DNA of 64,000 nt, from positions 2,912,001-2,976,000 of the forward strand of contig OZ251539.1 in the NCBI GenBank assembly GCA_965243135.1, read 5' to 3'. The DNA is from Alphaproteobacteria bacterium (GTDB lineage: Bacteria; Pseudomonadota; Alphaproteobacteria; MPNO01; UBA830). A program made the translations under genes and the position numbers. Below, one piece after another: positions 19,851-30,100 of the stretch. The number at the start of each line of letters is the position of its first letter. Positions within the stretch are counted from its first letter, which is position 1. The notes below the pieces were generated by a model. That model made no database searches. It was given only the letters and a program-made list of their open reading frames with translations, and was not told the DNA's origin.

Positions 19851-21748
19851 CCGCCCGCGCCGCCGCCCTCCTGCCGGCCGCCGCCGGCTTCGCGTGGTCG
19901 GCCCGGCTCCTCGCCGGCGATCCCCCGGCCGACGTCGCCGCGATCGTCCTCGCGGCGGCGCTCGCCGTCTCGCTCGCCGCCTTCGTCGCGATTCCCCGCA
20001 GGACGGCGCCCGTCTGGCGCCTCTCGCTGCACACCGCGGCCCTCGCGGTTTCCGCGACCGTCGCATGGATCGCCGTCCTGCCGGCGCTTCTCTCGCGTCC
20101 AGCCGCCTGGCTGTCCTCCCTGCACCGCTTCGACGCCGCCGGGCTCGTCCTCGCCGCCTCGCCGGTCGCCGCGGCGCTCGCGCTGTGGCTGTGGACCGAC
20201 GCGCTGGCCGCGGCCGCCGTCCGCGGGCGGGACGGGAAACGCAAGCGCGCGAAATCCGTGCTCTACGGCAAGGCCCGGCTGCTCGGGCCGTCCCACGTGC
20301 GGGCCCTGTCGCGCCGCAGCGGCATCCTGCTCGGCCAGCGCGGCCCGGGAAGGGCCTCGCCTCTGATTGCGTGGAACCTCGAAGGCTGCGCCGTCACCGT
20401 CGCGCCGCCCCGCACCGGCAAGGGCGCCGTCATCGCCCTCAACTACCTGTCGCCCGGCGGCAGGGGCTTCTCCGGCTCGACCGTCCTCGTCGACCCCCGC
20501 GGCGAGACCTTCTGCGTCGTCGCCCGCAGGCGCCGCGAAATGGGCAGGCGCGTCGTCCTCCTCGATCCCTTCGGGGTGGCGGCGCAGCACGCGGAACAGT
20601 TCGGCGGCGCGGTCCATTTGCCGGACGCGGAGTCCGCCCGCTACAACCCTTTCGACTTCATCCGCGACGACGAGGCCCGCGCCGTCCGCGACATAAACGT
20701 GCTGCTCGACGCGCTGCTGACGCCGCCGGAAAGCAACGCCCACGCGAACTCGCGGCATTTCCACGAGAGCGCCCGCTCGCTGATCGCCGGATACATGGCC
20801 TGGATCCGCTTCCGCGAGCCGCCGCGCAAGCGGAATCTCGCGTTCCTCCACGAACAGCTCTCGAAGGGCGCGAAGGAGCAGGAGCTGTTCGCCCGACGCG
20901 TGGCGGCGACCGACCGCTTCTGCAGCGGCCTCGCGCATCTCGCCGTCGAACGCCAGTCGCGGGTCGGCAAGGAGGAGGGCGGCTCGAACTTCACGACGAT
21001 CGCCAACCAGCTCGCCTTCATGACCTATCCGGAGCTCGCGGCCCACACCGCCGCCTCGACCTTCGACCCGGTCGACATCGCCGCCGGCGACATGGACCTG
21101 TTCGTGGTCGCGCCGGAGGAGCTGCTCGACCACGTGCGCGGCTGGATCCGGCTGTGGATAACGATCCCGAACGCGGTTCCCGCCCGCCGCGCCCTCGAGC
21201 GCGACCTGCTCGTCGTCCTCGACGAGATGCCGCGGCTCGGCTACCTGAAGCCCGTCATGGACGGCTACAACATGGCGGCGGGAAAGGGGATCCACTTCTG
21301 GTCCTTCGCGCAGTCGATCTCGGCGCTCGACGCCACCTGGGGCAAGGAGCGCCGGACGACCCTCACGCATCTCGCCGAGGTCGTGCAGGTGCTGGGGTTT
21401 CCGCGGATGGACGCCGACGGCGCCGAGGAGTTGTCGAAGGCGATCGGCAGCGCGACCTGGGAGTCGCGGTCGGAGAACGTCTCCGGCACCGTCCAGGAGG
21501 GCCGCCTGATGGCATCGTCGCAGTCGCAGGCCGGCGAGACGGTGTCGACCGTGAAGGAACGACTGGTGACGCCCGACGACCTCATGACCATGGGCCCCGA
21601 CGAGCAGTACGTCGTCGCGACCGCGAAGGACATGCCGCGGGACGCGCTCCACCTCCGCCACGCGCGCTACTGGGCGCGGCCGGATTCGCGGCGGCTCGCC
21701 GACCCCAACCCGTTCGTGCTGCGGAAGCGGGCTGCCGCCGGCGCCTGA
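19847..21748 (+). CDS. virD4: VirD4/TraG-family type IV coupling protein
   Basis: N-terminal TMs, 'YGKARL', Walker A APPRTGKG, 'LVDPRGE', 'LDPFG', 'YNPFD', Walker B VLDEM, 'QSISAL', 'RLVTPDDL'. Confidence 0.88.
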   Translation: MTARAAALLPAAAGFAWSARLLAGDPPADVAAIVLAAALAVSLAAFVAIPRRTAPVWRLSLHTAALAVSATVAWIAVLPALLSRPAAWLSSLHRFDAAGLVLAASPVAAALALWLWTDALAAAAVRGRDGKRKRAKSVLYGKARLLGPSHVRALSRRSGILLGQRGPGRASPLIAWNLEGCAVTVAPPRTGKGAVIALNYLSPGGRGFSGSTVLVDPRGETFCVVARRRREMGRRVVLLDPFGVAAQHAEQFGGAVHLPDAESARYNPFDFIRDDEARAVRDINVLLDALLTPPESNAHANSRHFHESARSLIAGYMAWIRFREPPRKRNLAFLHEQLSKGAKEQELFARRVAATDRFCSGLAHLAVERQSRVGKEEGGSNFTTIANQLAFMTYPELAAHTAASTFDPVDIAAGDMDLFVVAPEELLDHVRGWIRLWITIPNAVPARRALERDLLVVLDEMPRLGYLKPVMDGYNMAAGKGIHFWSFAQSISALDATWGKERRTTLTHLAEVVQVLGFPRMDADGAEELSKAIGSATWESRSENVSGTVQEGRLMASSQSQAGETVSTVKERLVTPDDLMTMGPDEQYVVATAKDMPRDALHLRHARYWARPDSRRLADPNPFVLRKRAAAGA

Positions 21749-21787
21749 AACTGCTGCGGGAGCGTTCGCCTCCGCCGCCCCGGCACC

Positions 21788-21817
21788 TTGACTTACCAGC
21801 CAACCCATCCCCATACT
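21788..21817 (+). promoter_or_regulatory. Possible sigma70 promoter for the AT-rich cassette
   Basis: TTGACT-N18-CATACT about 150 bp upstream of 21965. Confidence 0.3.
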
Positions 21818-21964
21818 GCCTTGGTGACAAAGATTGCCAACCGTCGGCGTTGCGCTTCGGAGTTGAATAAGGGGCTTCACCTGATTCCAACCTGACCGGG
21901 CCAAATAGAACAACTCTACAGCAGGATAGTCTAAGAGCGACGCAACCAACCTAAGAATCGAGCG

Positions 21965-23158
21965 ATGTCAAATTATTTACACTTGAATAAAAACGTAACT
22001 CTTTCGTCTTTGGAGGAACAAATGCGCTCCGACACCTTCGGACGCAAAACCCTGTTCTTGTCGCACAACATAAAAGAAGGAGGCACTCTTGGTCGATCAT
22101 CAGCCGTAGCGCAGTTTATTGTAACATGGGCTCATTCCTCATCATCCCCGTGTATCAGAACATATGTTGATAATAGAACGGAAAATGAAAAACTCACTGA
22201 GAATATTTACACTGTAGCCGCCATATTTTTGGCTCAAGAAGTTTTCCCAAGAAAAACGGAAAGAAACTTGCGCGATGAGTTGTTGAGCGCAACACAAGAA
22301 CGAATAAAAAATATGTACATAGGAAACTTGAAATCCCTTGTTCGAGGCAGAAGAATTGAATTCATCTTCTTGGAAGGAAACGCAAATGAATTCCACATTC
22401 CGTTGTACGTAGAAATGCCAAAACGTTCCGATTTGCTAAATCGCCAGCGACATGGAGACATGGTAAATAATCCTTCAAGAATGAACAGTTTTATCGACAA
22501 ATGCTTGCAGGCAATAGAAATCAGAGGAGCCGCTGAAGGGACAGTTTTTTTGCAGAAATACCTTCACACACCTAAACAACCGCTTGGCCGTTTTCTCTAT
22601 GAATCGTTCCGTAACACCGCCGAGCATGCGTACCTTTCTGACGACGGAAAATTCACTGGAAATAGCTTACGGGCGATCACAATAGCACTTCGACCATCGA
22701 GCCCAGATCAGTTCGCTGAGACCTCTATATTGAGCGCTAACCACAAAAATGAAAAAAAATACCTCGAAACAATACTGGATAAATTTCGCGAAAAAGGTCA
22801 AAGACAACTCATCGGCATGCTAGAGATATCAATTCTGGATTCGGGACCTGGGTTCGCTCGAACCATCGAGGGAAAAAACAAAACCAATTCTAGCGACCAT
22901 GATCTCGTCGCTAAATGTTTTCATAAAAACATATCTGCAAAACATAACTCATCTGCAGGTTTAGGATTGAGTCGCATTTTGGAAGTAGTTAGAGATCTTA
23001 ACGGCTACCTTCGGGTCCGTACCGCAACGACGGAATTTTTTCTACCAGGAACAGACCCTTTGAATTTCGATCAATTTGATGCGAAGCGTCATATTCAATC
23101 TGGACTTCCAAAAATTCGAGGCACGCTGCTCACAGCATGCTTTCCACTTCTCTATTGA
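21965..23158 (+). CDS. GHKL (histidine-kinase-like) ATPase domain protein
   Basis: N box ESFRNTAEH, G1 DSGPGF, G2 AGLGL, 'GTLLT'; no TM or obvious H-box; much lower GC than flanks. Confidence 0.75.
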   Translation: MSNYLHLNKNVTLSSLEEQMRSDTFGRKTLFLSHNIKEGGTLGRSSAVAQFIVTWAHSSSSPCIRTYVDNRTENEKLTENIYTVAAIFLAQEVFPRKTERNLRDELLSATQERIKNMYIGNLKSLVRGRRIEFIFLEGNANEFHIPLYVEMPKRSDLLNRQRHGDMVNNPSRMNSFIDKCLQAIEIRGAAEGTVFLQKYLHTPKQPLGRFLYESFRNTAEHAYLSDDGKFTGNSLRAITIALRPSSPDQFAETSILSANHKNEKKYLETILDKFREKGQRQLIGMLEISILDSGPGFARTIEGKNKTNSSDHDLVAKCFHKNISAKHNSSAGLGLSRILEVVRDLNGYLRVRTATTEFFLPGTDPLNFDQFDAKRHIQSGLPKIRGTLLTACFPLLY

Positions 23159-25320
23159 TGCTCATGTCGATTTTTTTTACATCATTCGATCATAATATTG
23201 ACGGAAGATCCGAAAGAATTTCTGTCGTTTACCCGTCGGCGACAGTTAAATGGGAGCAAGAAATTGTCGATATTATAGACGATTTGACGAGGGGGCCATA
23301 TCCGCCTCGCAGATGCGTTTTTGTTTCACCGTTATGCCACTACAACGACATCGTGTCGGGGGTCCGGAACCGTTTTTCGGATATCAAGGATCGCTTAGGT
23401 GCGACGACGCATATTGTCGTCGCACCATATAAAAAGAACGGTCGCCTTTCGATAAATGATGTCGCTCAACCATACCAGGCCAGTGGTAGATGGCGGTTGA
23501 CCGACGAACATTTGACGGAATTCGCTCAGAAGTACGCCGCGGCAATATATGAAGAATCGAAGAGCAAATTGGTGGCGCCGCATGGTTATCAATTCCGTAA
23601 GCCGTCCGGACGTGCACGAACAGTATTCTTACGTGCGGAGAATATGCTGCACGAGCTAGATTCCGTAAACGTGTTCAATCATCTTCTTCTTCAAAAATGG
23701 ACAGATGAAATGAATACAATATATATTGACAGCTTCACGATTTCTTCTTTTGCGATGGGTCTGCAGCTACTAATATCACATTTTGAGGAAAATAACATCA
23801 GTAGAGTTCCAACGATCCAAAATTTTCGTTCCTATCAAAAAGTTAGTGACTTCAACTTTCCGATGCATGAAAATTATCTCGTCATTATATCAGCCTCTAC
23901 GAGTGGAGGTCTTGCAAGAAATTTGATTGAAAATCACGGTGCCGCGGAGAAGCGAATAGTACATTTAGTCGGTGCTGCCCCCGGCTCGGTTGCACCTAGC
24001 ACGGTTAAACAGTGGTTTCGTACGTCCTGTTTGTTTTTCGATGAACTCCCGGAGGAGACAACCCCTGCTGGCCCACAGCTCCAGGATATCAATATCCCAA
24101 CCGAGAAGTTCGTCGTTACTCCACCCGTGAGAGTGCGCATCACACAAAGACATGTCGAGGAAGCAAAGACATCAATGTTGGCGGACTCATTCTATAATGA
24201 TCATTTACATATAAAACAGTCGGGTCGGGATGCGGGCTATGGAAGATATCATTTGTTTTCAACCGTGCCGGATAAGGTAGAAATTTCTCCCGGTCTCAAT
24301 AAATGGATGAGTGCCGAATTAGTACATCAAGTACCAGGAAGTGCAAAAACAATTGTATACGGGAATGATAGTATTTCAAAAATTTTGGCAAATGAACTTA
24401 AACAAATCATCTCATGTAAAAAGATGATTTCAAGATTAAATCTTAAAAAATCTCGGATAAATTATAATGATAGTGACTCCATTGTTGTGGTCGTATATGA
24501 AGACTCTGAACTTGACGAACTAGCGGCCATATGTCAGACACTCCGTAAATGGCCTGAAACCTTTAAGCATTATGTTGTTTGTTATTCATTTCCGCAAACA
24601 AAGACAAAGTTTGAGGCCGTCCGCCAAGATTTGATTAAAGGAGAGAAAGAGAGGAAGTATGGTTGGTCTTCGTATTTAATCATGCCTATGGGATCAATGG
24701 ATATACATGATTCATGGCTGTCCGATTATCCTAAATTCACGTCGGAGAAAGTGAGTAACCTTTCAAGAGATTTGCCCAAGAAACTCCGAAAGTCCTTACT
24801 TGATAGGATCAGTGATTCTGATCGATTGCCCATTTTCTTTCCAAATATAAATGGAGACAGACTTATACTAAGAGATGGTTCCGTTTTTTTCCCAAATTCC
24901 GGAATGGAACACTCGCATGAATCGGTATACTTGGCTGTTTCGACGACTATCCAAGTTGCTCGGGAGGGAAAATTTGAAGATGGATTACGTTTTGATGATG
25001 ATCCTTTTTCCAACACCGTAATTGATCCGAGAATGTTTTCTCGTTACAATGACGGTATTCTCCAAGCGTCGTTACTTCGTGCCTTGAGGCCATCGGAACT
25101 CGATTTTTCGGGTGACGCCTTGATTAGCGGCGAGTTTACGGCCATTATTTTAAACATCATACAACATGCTCAAGAGACCATAGGGGAGGCAGCGTTGGAG
25201 TTTTTGGCGGCGCTAGCGACGAGAAAAATAGCGCTCAGAATGGAAGATTTTGATCGCGTGATAAATACCATTAAAGAGGATTTTATATTGAACGAAATTT
25301 GGAATTTGTTTCAGAAGTAG
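23158..25320 (+). CDS. Large protein with degenerate phosphoribosyltransferase-like domain(s)
   Basis: TGATG coupling to upstream gene; 'FRKPSGR...FLRAEN' hood-like motif, 'YLVIISASTSGGLA' PRPP-loop-like motif; AT-rich. Confidence 0.6.
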   Translation: MLMSIFFTSFDHNIDGRSERISVVYPSATVKWEQEIVDIIDDLTRGPYPPRRCVFVSPLCHYNDIVSGVRNRFSDIKDRLGATTHIVVAPYKKNGRLSINDVAQPYQASGRWRLTDEHLTEFAQKYAAAIYEESKSKLVAPHGYQFRKPSGRARTVFLRAENMLHELDSVNVFNHLLLQKWTDEMNTIYIDSFTISSFAMGLQLLISHFEENNISRVPTIQNFRSYQKVSDFNFPMHENYLVIISASTSGGLARNLIENHGAAEKRIVHLVGAAPGSVAPSTVKQWFRTSCLFFDELPEETTPAGPQLQDINIPTEKFVVTPPVRVRITQRHVEEAKTSMLADSFYNDHLHIKQSGRDAGYGRYHLFSTVPDKVEISPGLNKWMSAELVHQVPGSAKTIVYGNDSISKILANELKQIISCKKMISRLNLKKSRINYNDSDSIVVVVYEDSELDELAAICQTLRKWPETFKHYVVCYSFPQTKTKFEAVRQDLIKGEKERKYGWSSYLIMPMGSMDIHDSWLSDYPKFTSEKVSNLSRDLPKKLRKSLLDRISDSDRLPIFFPNINGDRLILRDGSVFFPNSGMEHSHESVYLAVSTTIQVAREGKFEDGLRFDDDPFSNTVIDPRMFSRYNDGILQASLLRALRPSELDFSGDALISGEFTAIILNIIQHAQETIGEAALEFLAALATRKIALRMEDFDRVINTIKEDFILNEIWNLFQK

Positions 25321-25332
25321 TGAGCGGCCACT

Positions 25333-25628
25333 CTAGTGTTGTGTCCCTTAAATAGATATTATATATCGGCGTGGGAAATTTTCAGGAGGAGGTCACCATG
25401 CCGAAAGGGAGGCCTGTCACGCCGCTCGTTCTCACTCAGGAAGCGCAACTGTGCAGCATTGCGAATGCAACGTCGCTGCCCTGATTCTGCGCGCCAGGAT
25501 CGTTCTGGAGTGCGCCTCGGGAATGTCGAACAGGGCGGTTGCCGAAAAGTTCGACGTTTCGCCGCTGACCGTGGGCAGATGGCGAAAGCGGTTTGTGGAA
25601 GGCGGGACCGAAGGACTGCACGACGAAT
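25333..25628 (+). mobile_element. IS630-family remnant (left end and frameshifted HTH region)
   Basis: End after CTAG; RBS and ATG at 25398 (MPKGRP..), then 'RARIVLECASGMSNRAVAEKFDVSPLTVGRWRKRFVEGGTEGLHDE'. Confidence 0.75.
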
Positions 25629-26170
25629 GGGTGCAAATCTGATATGGCTAAATCGAAGATTACATAAAACGTTGATTTTCAATGATTATCCAAGTCCGTG
25701 TCGCGGCGCTTCGGGGCCGAAATCAGCGATTTCGTGACAAAACGTCGTTCCGGGGGCGGATTTTGTCGCGATAGGGGAGTTGGAGAGCAAAAAAAGGAAT
25801 GCTCCAAGTGCGCGGCAGAATGTTGGCAGCAATACACAACATCATTCCCATGTCAGCATCACAGCCTTCGACCGGTTTGTCCTTCTCGGACCTTCCCGCG
25901 ACGACCGCCGAGGCGCTTCGGTCAGCCGCAACCTTCATCTGCAAAGAAATCGAACGACGGGAACAGGGTTCCGAGGCGTTCGCCGGTTTCGAGGCTGAGG
26001 GAGCATGCCTTCCTGTCGTGCGGCCGTAGGCGATTACATTGAAGCGCGGGACGACGAAGAAGGTCCGATTCACCGGGAGGGTCAGGTCTTCTACCGGGCT
26101 GCGCCGATGCCAAAAACCATCAATACGTTGTTCGGTCCGGTCACGTATTGCCGTTCTCGGTACCGCACCC
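25629..26170 (+). mobile_element. ISKra4-like remnant truncating the IS630
   Basis: Begins GGGTG exactly where the IS630 similarity stops; broken frames include 'NTLFGPVTYCRSRYR'. Confidence 0.45.
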
Positions 26171-26386
26171 GAAACTCATGATCATGCCCGTCACAGCTTT
26201 TCATGTTTTTACTTTTTGACGAGGGTATCCGAAGCCGTTTGGACGCAGGGAACTGCGCCCGTGGCGAAAGCCGACCCGTATCGGTCGAAAAACACCGACT
26301 AGGGCGGCGCAAAGGCTCGTCGACGAGTCGGGGGCGAACCGGTTTTCGGGCGGCGGCAGGCTTCGATAGCCTCGTTTGTCGCTTCG

Positions 26387-27113
26387 TCAGGCATGCAAAT
26401 CCTCTCCGCGAAGGCGTTCGATTTCTTCCTGCTTTCGTTTCCGGGCACCGCTCTTGCGGTCGTGCCTGCCGATGGGCACGGGAATCCGCCAGTACTGCGC
26501 CGCTTCGGACATGTCCATTCGCAGAAGTGCACAGTCTCCCGGTTCGAGCGCATCGCCGGAAAGAAGCGGCGAGATGCCGAGAGCGCGGAAGATTTACGCA
26601 GCGACAGCGCGGCCCAGAGGCGGAGACACGGCGTTGCCGATCTGCCTCGCGCCACGCTACTTGGTTGGATGGAACCGGAACCAGTCGGGGAAGTCGGGGA
26701 AGCCGTGCAACCTCGCCATTTCGCGCACGGTGACGCAACTCGTGCGCTCGTAATGGATCGGCCGGGGCCTGGTGAAAGCGCCGCGCTCGCCGCTCTCCGG
26801 CCCTCAAGGTGTTGGACACGCCGTCTCGCGGCAGACGGTGAAACAGCGAGATAAGCTCGACCGGTCCCGGAAGAGTCTCGGCGAAGCGGTTGCGCGGAAT
26901 GTCGGTGTGCCTGATGCGTGCGCTCGAAGTCAGCTGGCCGGGATCCCAGATGCGCGGATGCCCGAACGCCCATGCTTCGTTGTCAAGGCACCTCACCTCG
27001 CGAGCGTATGCCGGAGGCGGTCCCCATTCGTCGCTGCGGACGATATCGTCTTCCAGTAGTTCTGGATAGTCCTCGGCTTCGGGGAGATTCTCGAGCGCCT
27101 CGGTGCAGGAAGG
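26387..27113 (-). pseudogene. C-terminal half of a C5-cytosine DNA methyltransferase
   Basis: Hand translation across a frameshift: 'SNTLRAG...VTVREMARLHGFPDFPDWFRFHPTK*RGARQIGNAVSPPLG' (motifs IX/X); two stops, 9-bp duplication; motifs I-VIII missing. Confidence 0.85.
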
Positions 27114-27145
27114 TCAAGGCGGACCGAGTCAAAACCTGGTATCCG

Positions 27146-30100
27146 CTAATCGTCTTTCACGTCATCGGCTCGCTCAAACCAGGACTGGTCGTCTCTGACG
27201 GTTTTTCTCAGATCCGGGCGGCTGAGGTAGCCGGCCAACCTGCGAAAGTGCCTTGTCATGGCCTTTAGATCGTTGAGGTCGCTTGCAGCGATTTCAATCA
27301 CTTCGCATCCTGTGTCGTTTCTCAAAAAATCGCGGATCAAGCGGTCGCGTTCCGCAGTCTCCGGGTTTCCATGCAGGTGTCGGCTTAGTCCGTCAAGATA
27401 AATGCAAACTCCCTCGTCTTCCTCGTCGCCAGGGTAGAATACGTCGGGCGTCGTCGTGCCGATCGCCCGGTCAAGACGGATCTGACGGCCGCGCACGCCT
27501 TCTTCGAAACCGGCCGCCAGAAGAAGCTGACGGAGCGTTCGTTCCGCCTGGTTCACGGGATACGACCCTTCCCGCGGTTCCTCGGAAGGCTGCCTGGACG
27601 GGATATCGTGCGATAATTCGAGAGCCGCCCCATAAGCCTCAAGCCGCAGGAGCGCCTCCCCCCGGTTCAAATGCTTGTGATAGTAGGCGTTGCGGAAGGT
27701 CTGGAGACAATCCACGCACGAACTCTCGCAAACGGAAGGGCAATCCTCCACCACTTCCCGCGCGACGTTGACCACCTCGCCGAAACGTTCCACGATCTGG
27801 GAGAGAAGGCCCGATCCTCCGGGCATCGGATCCCAGAGCAGGGCGTCGACCTCGTCGCGCTCCACGTACCCGACAACCAGGATCTGCAGATCGTCCATGT
27901 GCATGTCGAGAACCCGGGCCGCGGCGAAGCGAAGCGCCTCGAGCACGCTGAAAGCTACCGTCTGGTTTTCGCATGCCGGCAGCGACAGGACATCCGCGAC
28001 CACGTCTGCATAAAAACCGACCGGTGCGCATCTCTTTCCGCAACGCTCCTCGTGAGAGGCGACGAACCGGTCGTATTGGACACCCGAAGCAAGCGGAGAG
28101 ACGCTCTGGCCGCACACCGTGCACAGGGGGTATCCAAGACGGGCGAAACTCCCGATAGCGGAAGTTGCGCCGACATTGACCAACCGCAGGCGAACGCCGC
28201 GTCTGAGATGCAGGCTTTGTCCTCCCCAGTCGAAGGCGGTCCCCCCGTTGTGCTGGCCGCGCTCCAGACCGTGAACGGCCACTCCGAGCTGAAAGCGGAG
28301 TTCCTCCTCGTCGGAAATATGCGACCGATGGACCAGATCCACGTCGCAGACCGAAATGGTTCTCAAACGGCCGGCGCTCAATCCGGAGAGCTCCGTTCCG
28401 GCCTCGGTCTCCTTTACCGCCTGCCTTTCGGTCGATACCTCGAAGACCGGCATGTCGACCCGTTCCTCGTCGACATTCAGATGGAAACGCCGCGGGACGA
28501 ACCGGTGACCGTTCGCGTAAACGAGATTGCCCGGCACGTATTCCCGCAGCGCCAGACTCGGCGGCCGCGGCAACGCGAATTCCCCCACTCCGCTTTGCCA
28601 AAACGGGATCTCGGCCGTACCGAGGACCGAACCGATCTCAAGCCCGTAACCGGGAAGGAATCCTTCCGCGGCGAGAACTCCAAAGGTGTAGGCATCCTCG
28701 TAGCCTTCGGCCTCGTGCCGCATGCGCCGCCTTGTCTCCTTGAGGCGTTTGACGAGGCGATCGCAGCGCCGGAACAGGGCATCGTCCTCGGGTTCAAGAG
28801 CGCCGCGCTTCTCGCGCAGAACGTTCAGCCGCCGGATCTGGGTCATGGCCCACGCCAGCCGCCGGCGCAATCGGGCGATTACGTTTTCGAGTTGGTCCAC
28901 CATTCCGGCGACGTGGCCGCGCAACGCTTCCGGACTCGTCACTTCCGCGTCGGCATCCGGCCAGTTGCGGGAAAACGCCTTCTCCATGTACGCGACGAGA
29001 TCTTCGAGATCACGCTCGATCAATTTCCGCAGGGGCGACAAATCGAACGGCTCGGAACGGACGGCCTCGCCTTCGAACAGGTAGGCGCCGACCCGCGGCG
29101 GCAGGGCCTGGCCCAGCGCGGCCTCGATTCGCTCCCTGTCGGGCCGCGAGGGATCTCGCGCCCGTTGGTAAAGCCTGGTGATCGTTGCGGCGTGAACATG
29201 CTTGGCCACCATCAATTCGTTTCGCAGGTTGAACGCGGGCGGATCGACGCGGCCGGCCAGCATCTTGAGGGGCTCCGCGAAGTACGCGCGATCATGGGAA
29301 ACGGAACGGCAATAGGCCAGGTCCACGGCCATGCGGTGACGCCGTCCGGCCCGTCCGGCCCGCTGCCAATAGTTGGCCGGGAGCGGGGGCACGTTCCGCA
29401 TGAGCACCGCGTCGAGTTTGCCGATGTCCACGCCCAGTTCGAGCGTCGGCGTACAGACGAAGGCGTTGACGGCGTCCGATTCTCCCTTGAACAGGTTTTC
29501 GAGGCGTTCTCGCTCCTCGTTGGGGACCATCGCCGTGTGCTCCTCGGGGCGGAGCATCGAATAACCCTCGTCCAGAACCTGCAGGTCGTAGTTGTCCGGA
29601 TCTTCCGGGACGAATTCGATTTCGCCTTCGCAGCGCCATGCGGGGCATTTCCGAAGGGGCGTTCGACGGACTGTGCGGCGCCGGCAACTCCTGCAACGCC
29701 AAACGCCCTGATTGCCGCGCAGGCGGAGCCGGTCCGCATCCACCTGGTAAACCCGGCTGACGCCCGACAGAGATCTACCCTTGGCTCCCTTGAGCCGAAC
29801 GGGCTTGAGCACGCCGAACTCCGCGAGACAGCCGAACAACTCCTCAAGGAACTTTTCGGCGTTCTCCGGCAGTACGCCCCACTTCCTCGCCATCTGCCGG
29901 ATCGTCGTATCGCCCCGGTCGCTGAGCCACTGGGTCACGAGTTGAGGCTTTTCGTCGCGCTCGCGACGCAGCTTGGTTCCCGTGGGGTTGCCGAAGCGAG
30001 GCAGGTACCCCTGCTGTATCTCTAGGTCGCCTTCCAACCAATACCTGGAAAAAATCTCCTGTTCCGGGTCGTGCAGGACGCGCTTGCGGCGGAGGTAATC

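Noticed and set aside
199-21949. Very long alternative-frame and antisense ORFs (e.g. 1309-4209, 11721-15542, 15978-20066, 5' part of 16775-21748)
   Set aside because: Arg/Pro/Gly-rich shadow frames expected at very high GC; they overlap motif-bearing genes that tile the + strand with coupled starts and stops
21965-23158. Conventional two-component sensor kinase
   Set aside because: No TM or sensor domain, no clear phospho-His box, no receiver-domain partner
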